In this document: piece after piece, positions 40,670-54,827 of the stretch
Position numbering within the stretch: position 1 is the first letter of the stretch
How the letters are laid out: every line of letters begins with the position of its first letter
From: the human T2T-CHM13v2.0 reference genome, Homo sapiens
DNA length: 64,000 nt
Strand: one strand, 5' to 3'
NCBI RefSeq assembly: GCF_009914755.1
Contig: NC_060935.1
The notes under the pieces: generated by a model
The model's database searches: none
Seen by the model: only the letters and a program-made list of their open reading frames with translations
Told to the model about the DNA's origin: nothing
Program-made: the position numbers and the translations under genes

Positions 40670-42498
40670 GGCATATTCTGAGATCAGCAGCTATTAAAAG
40701 ACATTTAAACTCATGTAAATTAAATGTGCTATTTATACTATGTAGAATGACTGCTTCAGATTATTTAGGTACTGTGCTGAGAACATAATGAAATTATTAT
40801 CTGCTTGAAGAACTGAGTCAGGGATTGAAAAATCCAATAGCTTTCTTTTTGAGTAATTATTTTAAATGCTTGTTTCTGAAATAAACAGTGTTAAGAATTT
40901 TTAAAGCCATTTAACTAACAGAAACAATGTGGAGAAATTATAGTGACTCTACTGAATTTTTTTTTTATCTGTGAGGTTTCAAAGGAGTTAATGAAATCAG
41001 GTAACTGGTTCCTAGGAGTCTGCAAAGGCTGGTGCTACCTGGACACAGAATAAAGAAGCTAAAATAGAGAGAGGCAGTTTATTAGGGACTTGGCTTTGCC
41101 CAGAATTCAGATTTCTTTACTTTCCTTACTAGTTCCTATCTACTTGATCACAATGCTTCTCAGTCATTACTGTGTGGGGGAAAAAATCAATAATAGCCAT
41201 TTGGATTAAAGTTTGAGATATAAAAACATCCACTGCATATCCCTGTAGTATCTCTTTTTCCTTCATTGAGATTTCTTTGTAATTCCTTTGCCAACAACAT
41301 AGAAGACCACTCTTACAGATTCTTGTCACATTGTGAGTAAAATTCCACCAGGGGATCTGCCTAATATTTTATAACTATAGTATATATTTTTACAGAATAC
41401 ATTCCCAAGTTTGTTGTTTGTTTGGCTTATTTTTTATCAGACATTTGCCTTGCCTTTAGAGAATATGAATATTTCAGGTAAAAAGGTTGAATGTGGAAAT
41501 GAAGTACAAAAATGTATATGACTCCTAAGGGTATTTCTATTTGCTGTTTCAAACATTGCCTTGGAATTATTTACAATTCCCAGTTTAACTATGTGCCTAT
41601 AACAAGACATTGTTTAAATGCAATTTAGCCCTGTGGTTTCGACTGCCAGATGAAGATAGTGATTCAAAATGCCAATTTTTCCAAGGGGATGTGGGTTAAA
41701 TTTTAAGTAAATCATTAAAAGCCCAATTTAGCCAACAATAACCAAGCATAATTACTCTTACTTAACTGCCTTCCAAAGATCCTTATTTTCATATTTAATT
41801 AAATTAAAAGAGAATTTAAATAACAGAGTAAATATGGGTTTATTTCTCTTGCTAGAGACCATGGCCCTAAAATCTTATTCATATCACGTTATACAAAGGA
41901 AATTTTTAAAACTCAAAATCTTTCAGGTTTCCTCATTGCTCCACTAACTTTTTCAGAAAACAAATTTATCCATGTGAAATATTTATTACCTCTCACTGTT
42001 GTGCGGAGTATATATTCTGCAAATTATATGTTGAAAACTATTTAAGTCAGAATTTAGTCGACTTACTTGTTCATGCAGAACCCTGAACAGGTGTTCTCAT
42101 GTTCTCACTGGTTTGTTTTCCAGGAAGCAGTAACCCAAGTCCCCTTTTCCGTAAGTTGCACATTTTGGAATGTGTGAGACATTCTCTCCCTGCACGTAGC
42201 CAGGGCTTCATCTCCTAAGTCGTCCCACTCATTATTAGAAGAACTTCTCCTAAAATGGATACAAATCTGTTCTCTTAAATTCTTCAACAACTTGGACTTT
42301 GAATAGATTTTCCTATCAGTAGGAAATGGAAAAAGTCAGCATGAGTACATTATTTAGACCTGCTGACCAGGAATGAGAAGGTGCAGCTCTAATTCTGATG
42401 CCGAGTTTGAATTACTGGGGGCATTAGGGAAATCCTATTACTTTGTCACGTCTCTTTGTCTTCTCTGTAATGATGGAATGTCATTTGATGCTGTGTAC

Positions 42499-42910
42499 TG
42501 TCAATGGAAGCTTGATAAGATCTATAAATTTGGAAAGATTTCATTTTTCATAAAGGGTTATGTCCTGCAAGGTGGCCATTCTGATGGGCTAGAAAGGGTA
42601 GCCTTCCACAAAGACCATTAGCAGGCACTTTGAGGGAGGGGAGGGTGGAACAGGAATTTATACAAACAGGTTGCTTAAAAATACATATTCAAAAGGATAC
42701 AGGAGGAACTATGAATCCCATTCAGAACCCCAAGCTCATCTGTCAGATATATCAACTGAAGAATCACAAGATCTATAAATTGAGAGAGGAAACTTTAGTT
42801 GTTATAAAGAGTTACAGCCTGTCAAGATGGACACCCTGCAGGCTATAACCCTTTATAATAAATAAAGTCTCCTCCTCACATTTGTAGATCTCATGACTCT
42901 TCACTTGACA
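42499..42910. mobile_element. Rearranged ERV1 (MER4-group, MER67-like) LTR unit containing three copies of the LTR 3' end
   Basis: Begins TGTCAA and ends TTGACA; flanks GTAC/GTAT. AAGATCTATAAATTTG motif occurs twice directly and once inverted. The family name is tentative. Confidence 0.7.
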
Positions 42911-43321
42911 GTATATTATATTGCAAAAAATATATAGGTAGTATTGGAAGTTATCAGAGAACTTTTGAAATTTAGTTATATGATTATTTATTTATGATGG
43001 TGTTTTTAATAAAATTCACACTCCTTTCACTGACCTATGGATACTTTGCGGTCTGGCCTTCTGTGATCCTCAGGCTTGATCTCCTACCACTTACTCCTGG
43101 GCATTACTTTGCACTCATGATGGCCTTTTCTCTGCAGCTTGGACACGCAAAGCCCATTCTTACATTAAGATCTTTGCACTGACTCTTAATTAAGTGACTT
43201 ATTTCATTTCTGACAAAGCTAGATATTTTGAAGTAAGAAATGTTATAGGGAAGAGTGTGAGTGTGAGTCTTTCATGAAAGATATACAACACAAATTAGGT
43301 TTGTGAATGAAAATTATTTTC

Positions 43322-43622
<301 letters not shown>

Positions 43623-44147
43623 GAAAATTATTTTCATTAGCTGAGCTATAAATGTTTGAAGTGGAGCAGTGGAAGGTATGTGGGCAGACAAATCATTTGA
43701 GATAGACTATAGGGAGCCTGCAATGCCAGACTAAAAATTTAGGTTTCTGTTTTATAGGAAATGTAGAAAGTTGCCTTATATGCTAAACTGTATGTAAAAG
43801 AGTTTTTAATAAATAATTTCAGGTGTGTATCTGTTTTATTACCAAACAGCAGGAGGTTGTAAAGATTTAAGATGGATATGAATTCATTTTCAGAATAATT
43901 TATTTTCCAGCAGTTACCCTAGAAAATTTAACATAGATATTTTACAAAAATCTAAAGTTAATTGCATTATCCTCCTTCTGAGTAATACAAGTTGAATATT
44001 TAACTTCAGCCACTTTCTCTTAATTTATATGCTACTATCTTCCATTATCTTAACTTTATATTTGTCTTACTTTTTACCCTAAAGGATATGATTATTATTG
44101 ATTTATAAAGACAATCACCACATTTTTGACTCATTATTCTTTCAGAT

Positions 44148-44395
44148 AGTTCAGTGTGTTGGTTAAAGACATGGCTTCTGGAGTTAGACTGTCTAGATAT
44201 TAATATGTAGTTTACTTAGTAGTTGTGCAACTTTAGAAAATTTGCTTAACCTTTCTGTGCCCCAGCTTCATTATCTGTAAAATGGAAATAATATATTTAC
44301 CTATATGGTTCTTTTTGTAAAATGAATTCCTCTAGAAAAGCACTTAGAACAGTACCTGGCAGGTAATAACAATTATATGTGTTTTCTATTGTTAT
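44148..44395 (+). mobile_element. MIR SINE, near full length
   Basis: GGTTAAAGACATGGCTTCTGGAGTTAGACTG..CTTAACCTTTCTGTGCCCCAGCTTCATTATCTGTAAAATGG..GCACTTAGAACAGTACCTGGCA. Confidence 0.9.
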
Positions 44396-44576
44396 TTTTC
44401 CCTTTATGAATTTTATAGCTTACTTCTGCAGTTACTATTTTTCCTTTTGTCTGATAAATATTATTATTTTTCTCTGTAAGGATTTATTTTTGGAAAAATC
44501 AGTTTTTGATTTAATAGAAAGAGGTATTTCTCTCCTGTCCTTTACATAAATTTTCACTGGGTCTGGAATAGTACAT

Positions 44577-44961
44577 TGCTAAAAACCTTAGACAAGTTAA
44601 ATTTCACAGTTTATTTAGGCAAATAATGATTCATAAATCAGGCAGCACTCAAAATTGAAAGAGGTTCAGAGAGCTCTTCTCTATCAGTCTGAGCAGTGAG
44701 AATTTGTAGGCTGAACATAAAAGCAAAGTTGAAAAATTACCTGATTGGCTACAGCTAAGTGTTTGCCTTATTTGGACATGAGCTGACTGGAGGTCCATAA
44801 TTGTATAGCCAATCGCTGGTTGAATGTTTGTGATTGGCTGAGACTTATTTTTCTTCAGTCAGTTACGGGGAAGGTTTCCAATTTAAGTTTCAGTTTGCTT
44901 ATCTAAGTGCTTGAATTAGGGAGACATCCTCCGGCTAATGGATTCCTTATTTGCTTTAGCA
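44577..44961 (-). mobile_element. ERV1 MER4-group solo LTR (MER51/MER57/MER93-like)
   Basis: TG..CA termini, AAAACCTTAGACAAGTTAAATTT start, repeated TGATTGGCT (CCAAT) boxes. Confidence 0.8.
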
Positions 44962-47868
44962 ATAAAGTACATTATTCTCATTTGTTTGTATCTCACAGTA
45001 CATTATTTTAATTTTTTGAGTCTCATTCTTGCTATCAGAAAGTCAAATGCGAGTCTGGTTTTCCTACTTTTATAGTTACTTTCTTTTTCTCTCTGGCTGC
45101 TTTTTGGTTTTAGTATTTTCCATTTTCAATATGATGTGCACAGGTATTTCTTCTTTTTGGATTTCTCTGGTCTTTAAGAATCTTAAAATTGGTAAATTTT
45201 ATCAATTCTGGAAAATCTTAGCAATTATCTATCTTTTCACATGTTGCCTCATCCCATTTTCTTTCTCACTCAAAAAAATCTGATTAGACATATTAAGACC
45301 TTTTCACTATCATTGTGTTTCTTTCTTCCATAGCTTCCAGCTATTGCCTTTCTGGGCTACTTTTAGGTAATCTTTTTATTCCTATTTCCTCTTTCTCATG
45401 GTGTCAATTCCTTTTTTTTTTTATAACACAAGTAATATGCCTGAAAAGTCAAATATCTGAAGTCTTTGCTGGTATGATTCTGACCTTTATCATTTCTATT
45501 GATTCTCACTTTTAGTGATTTCTTTTCCTGTAAGTGACATGACTCTTGACTGAATTTTTGACTATTGAGATTTTCTTTATTCCTTCTACTTCTATTTATT
45601 CCCATAGTTTAGACCTGAAAATTCTATTTTACTCTTTTATGAATGGAGTATCTCTCTAGAGAGATATCCCTTTGGGATCTTAGACATATGGATTCTCCTA
45701 TTTGATTACCCAGCTGTGTGGGCCCTAGGCTTTGGTTTTGGTCCCCCACTTCCAAAGCAGCCATATACATAAATCTGAAGTACATTGAGAATTGCAAAGT
45801 CACTGAATAGTAAAGTCTTCTTTGGTTCCCAGCTTACCACTCTTATTTAGCTTTCACATCTAGTACGTTTTTCTCTTCCTAAGTAGTTCACTGAGGCATT
45901 CAAGAATATTTTATAATATTCTCTGTATTACTTTAAGAAGGACATACTCCTTCTTAGTCATGATATCCAGTTCCCAAATTGCCAGAAAGGAAATCTACTG
46001 CCACTCAGCCATGAAATGGTATTCAGCATCCCAACACAACACAAGGCCTGTCAGAATTTATGTGGAGTCGTGAGCCATAGTTGTGTCTTTACCCTGTTCT
46101 AATATCAGTCACTAGGTGGTAGGAATCACAAACTATTTCTGGCATCAGATTCTAGAGTAGTTATCTTTTTTTCTTTCTGATTCCAGTATCCATTAATTAT
46201 ACTTTTGAGTAGTAAGTAATCTCGAACCATACTTTTTCTACTCTTATATTTTAAATAAAATTATAAAGTTGACTTGAAGTCTCAGAAAACTAGTGTGGCT
46301 CCTTTTAAAATTTTTGCTGGACCCTATTCCACGCAGGTTTTGTTGAGGCTTAAAAAATGTTTATATTTAAAAGAGTAAGAAAAACTGATCTTCACTATGC
46401 CTCACGGTGTTTAACACACTATAGAAAATCATGTTAAAAAGAATGCCTCCAAAACATGTGAACACTGTGAGCTCAGTCTGCTCACTACATCTCTTAGCAC
46501 TTTGTCCAGGACACAAAACTGTCATTTGCTTTTCTAAGATAAACAATATCATAACTCAATCTGGCTAAATTTGAAAGCCAAAATATTTTTTTGCTGCTTG
46601 GTCCTCAAAAGATATATGACAGCAAGCAATAAGGAGACACATTCTTCTTTATTCCTGCTATAACTTTGGCCACATTTTGTTATCTATTTTATTTCCCCAG
46701 GTGCATTGAGCTAGATAACTTCAAGGATATCTTGAAAGCAATTCACCTCAAAAACTTATTTTATGTTCCTTTTCTATGAGCCCTATTCCAACCTTATTCA
46801 GCCTTTCAAGGGAACTTCCAAGCAAAATGTCACAAGCTTCAGTCTTAGCAAAGAGTCATGGTTGAGATGGAGAATAAGGTCCACGGAAAAAGAGATGTTT
46901 CTTCATTTTATTCCTTTCACCAAAATTTACATACAAGGCCCTCACATTGAGGCCTTATCACATGCAAGTGGGAGTAGAAACACTTTTACTCAACCTCTAC
47001 TGTTCTAATTTCACAGAATAACTAACATCCATCATTACCTTAATAAATGAAAATAACTCAGAATATAGATGATATTAACAGGTAAGTAGGCTAATCTCTA
47101 GTTTATTCACTGCCACTTTTTCAGTCACATATTTACCAAGATTCAGTTGTGTTTGTTACAAGTCTAGTTATATAAGTTGTCCATGTTATTGTAATTACGT
47201 AAGTTAAATAAGCATTTTGGAAATCACAGATTACATGAGAGTACCAAGAGTAAGAGCATTTGGCAAAAAGTTTGTTTAAGGCTAAAGCCCTAAACTTTAT
47301 AAGATAGTCACTTAAAAATGCCATAATGTACGTATGAAATAACTGCATAAAAATAATGAAAGCCTCCAAGAATCCTGCCATCAGATCACTTCATATGTTT
47401 TTAGGCCACTTTAAATAAATTTAAAGTTGTATATGATGCAACACAGGCACTATTTATACACTGCAGTTTCCTGTGATGCTGAGTTAAAAGAAATCATTTT
47501 TTCCACCAGAATCTTTATAATCATAAAAAGATGTCACTGCTATATAATAATTGGCATATATATTCTGTATATTAAGAATACAGAATTAAATATTAGATGG
47601 CAAACATTTAAGGCATATGTGAATTAAGTGTTTTTAAAGGGTTTTTTATTAACTCAGTACCAGTCCCAATTGTGTCAGAGTAAAGGTTGTCTGGTCTCTC
47701 ACAGGGATTGCTTTGGAATCTTAAGACGTGATGGAGCTTAAGGGTTAACATTATTTATTAACTGGGGCAAATTAGCTTCATCAATAAGAGATGTCCTAGA
47801 GATTGTGTAGGTAAAGTGCTTAACACAATGCTTGTAATTTATCTAATAAATGGTAGTTGTTATTAGGA

Positions 47869-48194
47869 TAGTCAAGTATCCCTTAATGACTGAGCCATAT
47901 TCTGAGAAATATCTTCTTAGGTGATATAATCATTGTGTGAACACTGTAGAGTTTATTTACACAAACCTATATGGTGCAGCTTGCTACAGATCTAGCCTGT
48001 AATATAGTGTATTGCTTCTAGGCTACAGACCTGTACAGGATGTTACTGTACTGAATAATGTAGGCAATTATAACACAATAAGTATTTGTGTATCTAAACA
48101 TATGAAAAGTACAGAAAATATAATTATCTTATGGGAACATCATCATATATGCAGTTCAACGTTGACTGAAATGTCATTATATAGCACATGACTG
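47869..48194. mobile_element. Tigger3a DNA transposon
   Basis: TTCTGAGAAAT..TTACACAAACCTA..CTAGGCTACAGACCTGTACAG..GTTGACTGAAATGTCATTAT..CACATGACTG|TA. Confidence 0.9.
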
Positions 48195-48220
48195 TAGTAT
48201 GAAAATCTAAGAAACACTGA

Positions 48221-48523
<303 letters not shown>

Positions 48524-48587
48524 AGTTTTTGTGTTTTTTTTTTTGTATTATATTTTGCCAAAAAATTTATTTCCTAGAGACTTCAGT

Positions 48588-49085
48588 TTATTCAATAATT
48601 ATTATCTAAAAAATAATAATTGAATACTTTCTATGGTGGTCACTGTTCTAGATGCTGGTTCTGTAAAGATAAACAAGACAAAAATCCTTGCTTCCATGGA
48701 TATGACATTCTAGTAGGAGAAAAAGATAACTAAGATGTAAATAGACTAGTTTAACCTCAGGCACTGATAATTGCTAAGAATAAAAATAAGGCAGGGCAAA
48801 TGTAAGAAAAATCAGTGACAGAGCTGACAGGAGGGGGCTTGCTATTTTAAGGAGAGTAACCAAGAAAGGCTTCTAGAAAGAACAGTCTGCAATGATTTAA
48901 AACTCTAAGGTATGGAAAAAACTGATGTTGGAGAGGCCTAGGCAGAGGACACAGTATGTGCTTGGCATGCTTGAGGACTAGCAAGAAAGTCAGTGTTGTG
49001 GGAATGGAGTTAGTCTAAAAAGTTAGAAGATGAAATTAAAAAGTTAGACAGGGACCGGATTGCATACGGCCGTGGGCAAAACTGT
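48588..49085 (-). mobile_element. L2 (L2a-like) 3' portion
   Basis: CACTGTTCTAGATGCTGG..AAACAAGACAAAAATCCTTGCTTCCATGGA..ACATTCTAGT..GCTTGGCATGCTTGAGGACTAGCAAGAAAG. Confidence 0.8.
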
Positions 49086-49911
49086 ATAGAATTGGTGAAA
49101 CCAGCAGTCTGTAATAGATATTTCTTTCTCTCGCTGGTTCTCTCCCTCTCTCTCTCTCTTAATTTGCAGATGTATGCACTATTAACACCTTGCATTTTTA
49201 AAAGACTAACTTGTAACCAAGTGGAAATATACTATTATTACTTGACTTACTTCGTAGACATATATTCAGACCTATTAAGGTGTAATGCTTTAAAGTATTT
49301 GTACATGCAGTCAACCTCACAATGCACTTATTCTTTGTAATCTATGACTGAATCCGAACACTATTATCTACTTATTGCACTCTACTTGCAAATATTTGCA
49401 ATAGTTCAGAGGAAAATGCCAAGAAATGGGATGTCATTTCATACATTATTCTTTGAATGTAATAGTTGACAGAAAGTACATATTCTAAGAATTGAAATAA
49501 GTTATTTTAAAAATGTGAGATTAAACAAATTCCAATTAGTAGTTTCCAAATTCCTGTTTGTGACTTTTTAATCTCACAATGCACAGCAGTTTAATGTAAA
49601 CTGGTACATTAAACTGGTAGCCAAAAAGGCATTTCCAAATACACATCCTTCTCTTTGCTTTGGTAACTTTTATTCATTGATTATAACTTAACCTTGCATC
49701 TAGTAGGAACCTAATATATGTGTAATTAATTATATTGTCATTTCTTTGATGCAGGAATTTTATTAAAGTCATCGGATAACTATGTTTTCAAAAGAAACGT
49801 GTAAAAAGTTTACATATTTCAGAATCTTAAATATTATTTCATTTACTTTTTATTTTACTCAGAAGAGTTATTTTACTTAGCTTAATGTCCTTCAGTATTA
49901 TGTATTTTAAA

Positions 49912-50080
49912 AAAACCAAGAGAGTAAATTTCAGATGTCTCATCATAAAAATATGATACGTAAGTGAGGTGATGGATATCTTAATTAGCTTGATTTAATT
50001 ATACTATATTTTATATACATATCAAAGCATTATGTTGTACTACATAAATGTATACAGCTACAATTTGTCAATAGAAAAAG
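49912..50080 (+). mobile_element. L1MA 3' terminal fragment
   Basis: AGAGTAAATTTCAGATGTCTCATCAT..GTGAGGTGATGGATATCTTAATTAGCTTGATTTA..TTTGTCAAT followed by an A tail. Confidence 0.85.
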
Positions 50081-50283
50081 CACAAACTAATAATCTCAAT
50101 ACTAGAAAGAGACAGAAAGGGAGAAAAAGAGAGAGAGAATAAGGGAGGAGAGCAAAAATAAAATATAATGTAATTATGTATCTTAAAAAGAATGACTTTT
50201 TAAGAAATATTATGTTGTGTGTATTTAAGAAATATTATTTTGTTTATGCCCTAAGGACCAAGCACTGGTGCTTGAAAATGAAT

Positions 50284-50341
50284 ACACACACACACACACA
50301 CACACACATACACACACACACACACATACACACACACACAC
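50284..50341 (+). repeat. (CA)n microsatellite with two TA interruptions
   Basis: Read directly. Confidence 0.98.
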
Positions 50342-52882
50342 TTCTTCTTTTACAAGAGATTTTAACATAAAATAAGTTATTTTAGAAATCAAATTCAGTG
50401 TACCATTTATATTTGAGAGTAGGAAAAATGTGCCTGGAGTTTATACTTAAAGATTATTTCATAACACCCCTACATGGCATCTTATGAAAAGTGCTTCACA
50501 TGCATTCCTACTAAAATCTCACCTTCTATCCTCCGGTCACAGGTTGTCCCTTTACTCTGTTAATTTCTTCAGAGTATGTATCACTGTTTGACACTGACTT
50601 ATTTATCCATGTGTTCCTTGTCAGTCTTTCCACACTGTTCCACTCAAAAATAAGTTCTTTATCTAAGACCAATAACTCCTTGAAATTTTACTGAAGATCC
50701 TTTGCTACTGTGTCCAGTTTCTCCTGCTATCTTCATGAGTCAATGCTCCTTTTGATGGCTCTCAACCCATGTATGTGTGTGCACATGAATGTCTGTGGGT
50801 TTTCCCTCTGACAGTCCCAGAAACAGCCCTTAAGGGTTGTAATAACATTTGTATTTGTTTATGAAGAATATTTAGAACAACAGAGGACCTTAGGACATTG
50901 TAAATAGAGCGAGAAGTACCAATTTGGGGAGTATGGGACTGAGCACAAGCTCATAAAAATGAGTTAAGCCAAAGCTATATTACCTTCTCAGAATTCACAA
51001 TTTCAAAAAAGGTCAATTTAATCATGAATTGAAACTTTGCTAACTCAACTGTGCAGTTCTCATGAGTCATAATCATACTTCTGGCAACTTTAATCTCTCC
51101 AGTTATTATGTGTGATATGTGGATTTTATTATTTTCCTTTCTGGTAAAAAGCAGTGTATAAATAACCAAGATGCTTTAAATTGTCACAATTAGCTATGAG
51201 GTTGTTATTTAGTACTTTGAATTATATGTATATCTGATATTTACTCATAAAATACAGAAAATGATGAAAAAATTCTTTTGTTTAGGCTTGTTATAAATAA
51301 ATTAACCATTATTGTCTTAACTTTCTTCTCCATTAATGATCCCCAAATATAAAGTTAAAATAGACTACCAAGACTTATATTTAAAATTATAAATAAAAAT
51401 GTAAGTAACTTCATTTAGGTAGAGGTACTAACAATAAATTCCTTTCTTTGACATAACTATATTACATTATGATCTAGCTAGGGGAAAAAATACGTGTCTA
51501 TATTTTTCAGATGTTTCCTAAAATATAGAGATAACCTAGACTTCTAATTTCATAAGGAGGGATCAGATACCAAGAAGGCAATCATTATTCAAAAATCATT
51601 GACATACTTTACAATTATTTCTCAACTGAACGGCTTTGCGCCAAGGAGAACATAGCTGACACGTGAAAATTCTGGAGGTACTTGTGGATTACAGAAACTT
51701 CCAATATATATTTGTCAAGTTCTTGCAGAAAGTTTAGTGTCAGAATTTTCTATTCTTTTCATGTTTATTGTATCATTCAGGGAAAAAAAGGAACCAAATA
51801 TATTAATGTGCTATACTGGTTATTGTTATAAAAATGGCATTAGACAAAAACATTAAATATTCATGAAAATCCTTTTTCCCTTACGTTCCAGCCAGCAAAA
51901 GATACTGAAAGAAATAATTCACCAAAGGAGAGAACTATAACACAGTACAGATAATCATAGGAGTTATAAACAAAGGAAGTTGACATTAATAATTAAATGA
52001 GAAAAATTCCCTGTGGTGGTTTTGATGAGCTACAGGCACAATGTGTAAAATCACTTGGCCAACCGATCATTAGTTATGCTCTAGACCAAAGGAGTATATA
52101 TTAATGTAACTGGTTTCTCTACCCTATTTTTCTAGTCCAATAATTTGTCTAAGGTAATAAATATAGCTATTACACATTCCCTGTGAGGAAAAATTATCCC
52201 CATTAGAACCTGATGTTTTTACTATCTGTATGGGAGTATTCAATGTAGATAAATGTGAAAAGGAGAGTTGATCACATTTCCTAAGTACTTGTATTGTGTA
52301 TTACATGAATTCTAACAGAAACTGTATTATTGCTGTCTAGGGCATATTAATCTGACCTTTGCACTAATGGTTATTTATCATGTTATTAGGAGATTTTTGC
52401 ATTGGTTTGTATTTGTTGGCTTTTCTGTTTGTTTATTTCCTCTGTTTAAGAAAATTGTTATCTATCTCAAACAGGGCACTCTTTAATGAAGAAACACCAG
52501 AGCTGTTAAACACATTGAGACACAGAAGATTCTAGTGACTGAGGATGGCTTCCTCTTGGAAACTAATGCTGTTTCTGTCAGTCACCATGTGTCTTTCAGG
52601 TAAAAGTCCTGATTAATTAATTATTTGATTTTCTAAGTATCAAAATAACCAAAATATATCAAGGTCTCCATTACAAAATATCCTCAGGTATTAATTTAAA
52701 TTTATATCAGTATTTATACTTTCCAACAAGAGAAAGGCAGCAACCCTTAAGCCGCTGTTAACATTGCAAAATGCCATATACAATTTAATATAATAAGGTA
52801 CACTATAAATGTTAATAAAATGAGTATTTACCTCCTTGACATTCATTTGCAATCTAAACCATCTAGCTTTCAGAAGGCTTGG

Positions 52883-52884
<2 letters not shown>

Positions 52885-52924
<40 letters not shown>
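52885..52924. repeat. (AT)20 microsatellite followed by a degenerate RY tract to ~52985
   Basis: Read directly. Confidence 0.98.
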
Positions 52925-52927
<3 letters not shown>

Positions 52928-54638
52928 CCACACATATATACATACATATGTGCATATATTTATGCATATAATGTATATGTATATAAATAATTATGTATTT
53001 TATAGCAGCTAATTATAAAAGTGTCTCATCACAATGCTAAATTTCACCATATAAAACAGAATCAGGTTAGCTTTATTATATATAACACAGTATCTAAAGG
53101 CATCTCTAACACAATGTATTTTTTCAGATTGTCTCACCTTCTCTGACTTTGTTGTAATTAAACTTATTTTTCTATATCTTGACTCTAAAATGAGATACTT
53201 TATTCCGAAGAAAAGTTTATAGTATTGGTAGTAATAATATCATAATGCCTAAAGTTAATATGTCAGAGCTTATTTGCTTTAATTGAAGAATGATTAGAAA
53301 TTAAATTGTGGTCATAATTTAAGCGCTATGCATGTAACATTTACAGCTTGATTATATTTAAATCAGTACCTATATTGTGGGCTAAATTTAGGTAGTATGT
53401 ATGGTAAGAGAGTCTGAAATAAAATGTAACAGCTGATAATTTTAGATTAAAAGATTGCTTTCATTTTAAACACATTTTTAATGTGTTAATTATACTAAAT
53501 ATATTTTTAAAGCAGTAAAATATTCATTTTGATATATATGATCATTCAGTACTCTATGCAAATATTGATATAAATACATACATGTTCCATTTATACATAT
53601 ATATGAGGATAACACATGTTCAAGATATGTATTTATGATCATATATAATATAGAATACAAACTACATAAAGATATAGAACATGCATATTATTTACATATG
53701 ATCACTAATATTGCCTCATCTTCTATATGGTTATATTACTATGCAACAAAAATATCTAATTGATTATACTAAATTTCTTTATTTCAAAGAACTAAACACA
53801 TTCTCCTGTCAATTAAGTCTTTCCTGTATTGTGTAACATGAAGAAAACTGCAGATTGTCTAAAGAAAAAAGGACTGATAGAAGAACAAACCCAAATACAA
53901 GAAAATATAAACTCTTTTTAGAATCATTTAAGCTATATTTTTTAAATTATAATTTTACAATGGTTATTCTTTAGCCTTTATACTATTATTACTATTCGTA
54001 ATGTACCAAAAGTATAACTTCAATTATGTATGATATATGAGTCTTCTTTATAACTGAAAAGGCAATCCTCAACTTATCAGATTATGCTCCAAAACATTAT
54101 TTGAAATCTAAAAGAATTTCTTTATATACAGAAATAAATTTAGTATTTCAGTTATATAAGTTGTTATGTGTTGAATGTAATATCTGCAGCATACCTGCAC
54201 TTATCTAAATGCTTTTACAAGATATATAAAAGCCTTTTTATTGCAATACTAGTAATTAAATAACTGAAAAAACAAAAAACCAAGTAATTATTTATATATT
54301 AGTACTATTATACGTTCAACACGTTGCTTACAGAAAAAACAGGTTTAATAAGAGACATGCAAGGAAAAAGGATACCTCTATAAAAAGTTGGTAGAGACAT
54401 CTATGACATGAAAAGGTAAGGTATCTCAAAGGCATTAAGAGTTAAGTGAAAACTGTGATTCATCAATATTATGGTTACTTAAAAAAGAAATCAAGAGTCT
54501 TCAGATATTTTATTCAGTGTTGGGTTTCTTTTTTTTGTGCAGCATTACTGTCTTCCCTGCTGATCTCAGTTGTTTCTCTTTTATCTTCTCAATGTCATTT
54601 TCCTCTTGAACTTATAAGCCAACTGAAGGAGATGGAGG

Positions 54639-54827
54639 TAGGGTTGCAAGATGAAATAAAGGACACCCAGTTAGATTTGGATTTCAAAAGAAAGTTTTGT
54701 GTGTATGTTTTTTGTTGTTGTTTTGTTTTTAGCTCTGGTATGTTCCATGCAATATTTTATTTCATTTTATCTAGAAATTAAATTTAACAGATGTCCAGTG
54801 CTTTTATTTATTAATCTGACAATGCTA
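54639..54827. mobile_element. MER53 hAT MITE
   Basis: TAGGGTTGCAAGATGAAATAAAGGACACCCAGTTAGATTTG...AAATTTAACAGATGTCCAGTG..AATCTGACAATGCTA palindromic structure. Confidence 0.88.

Larger units (their letters stand above)
43890..45990 (-). mobile_element. Very old L1M fragments, interrupted by MIR and an LTR
   Basis: T-rich antisense L1-like text, e.g. TTTTCACTGGGTCTGGAAT, ATGATGTGCACAGGTATT, CAATTCTGGAAAATCTTAGCAATTAT. Confidence 0.5.

Noticed and set aside
49121-49340. Long CT tract with TTTGCAG| followed by a short ORF
   Set aside because: The tract is a degenerate (CT)n microsatellite; there is no good downstream donor or recognisable peptide.
53132-53195. 47-nt minus-strand exon-like unit (TTTTAG|...AAG|GTGAGA)
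   Set aside because: Not frame-preserving, the peptide is unrecognised, and such motif pairs are expected by chance in 64 kb.
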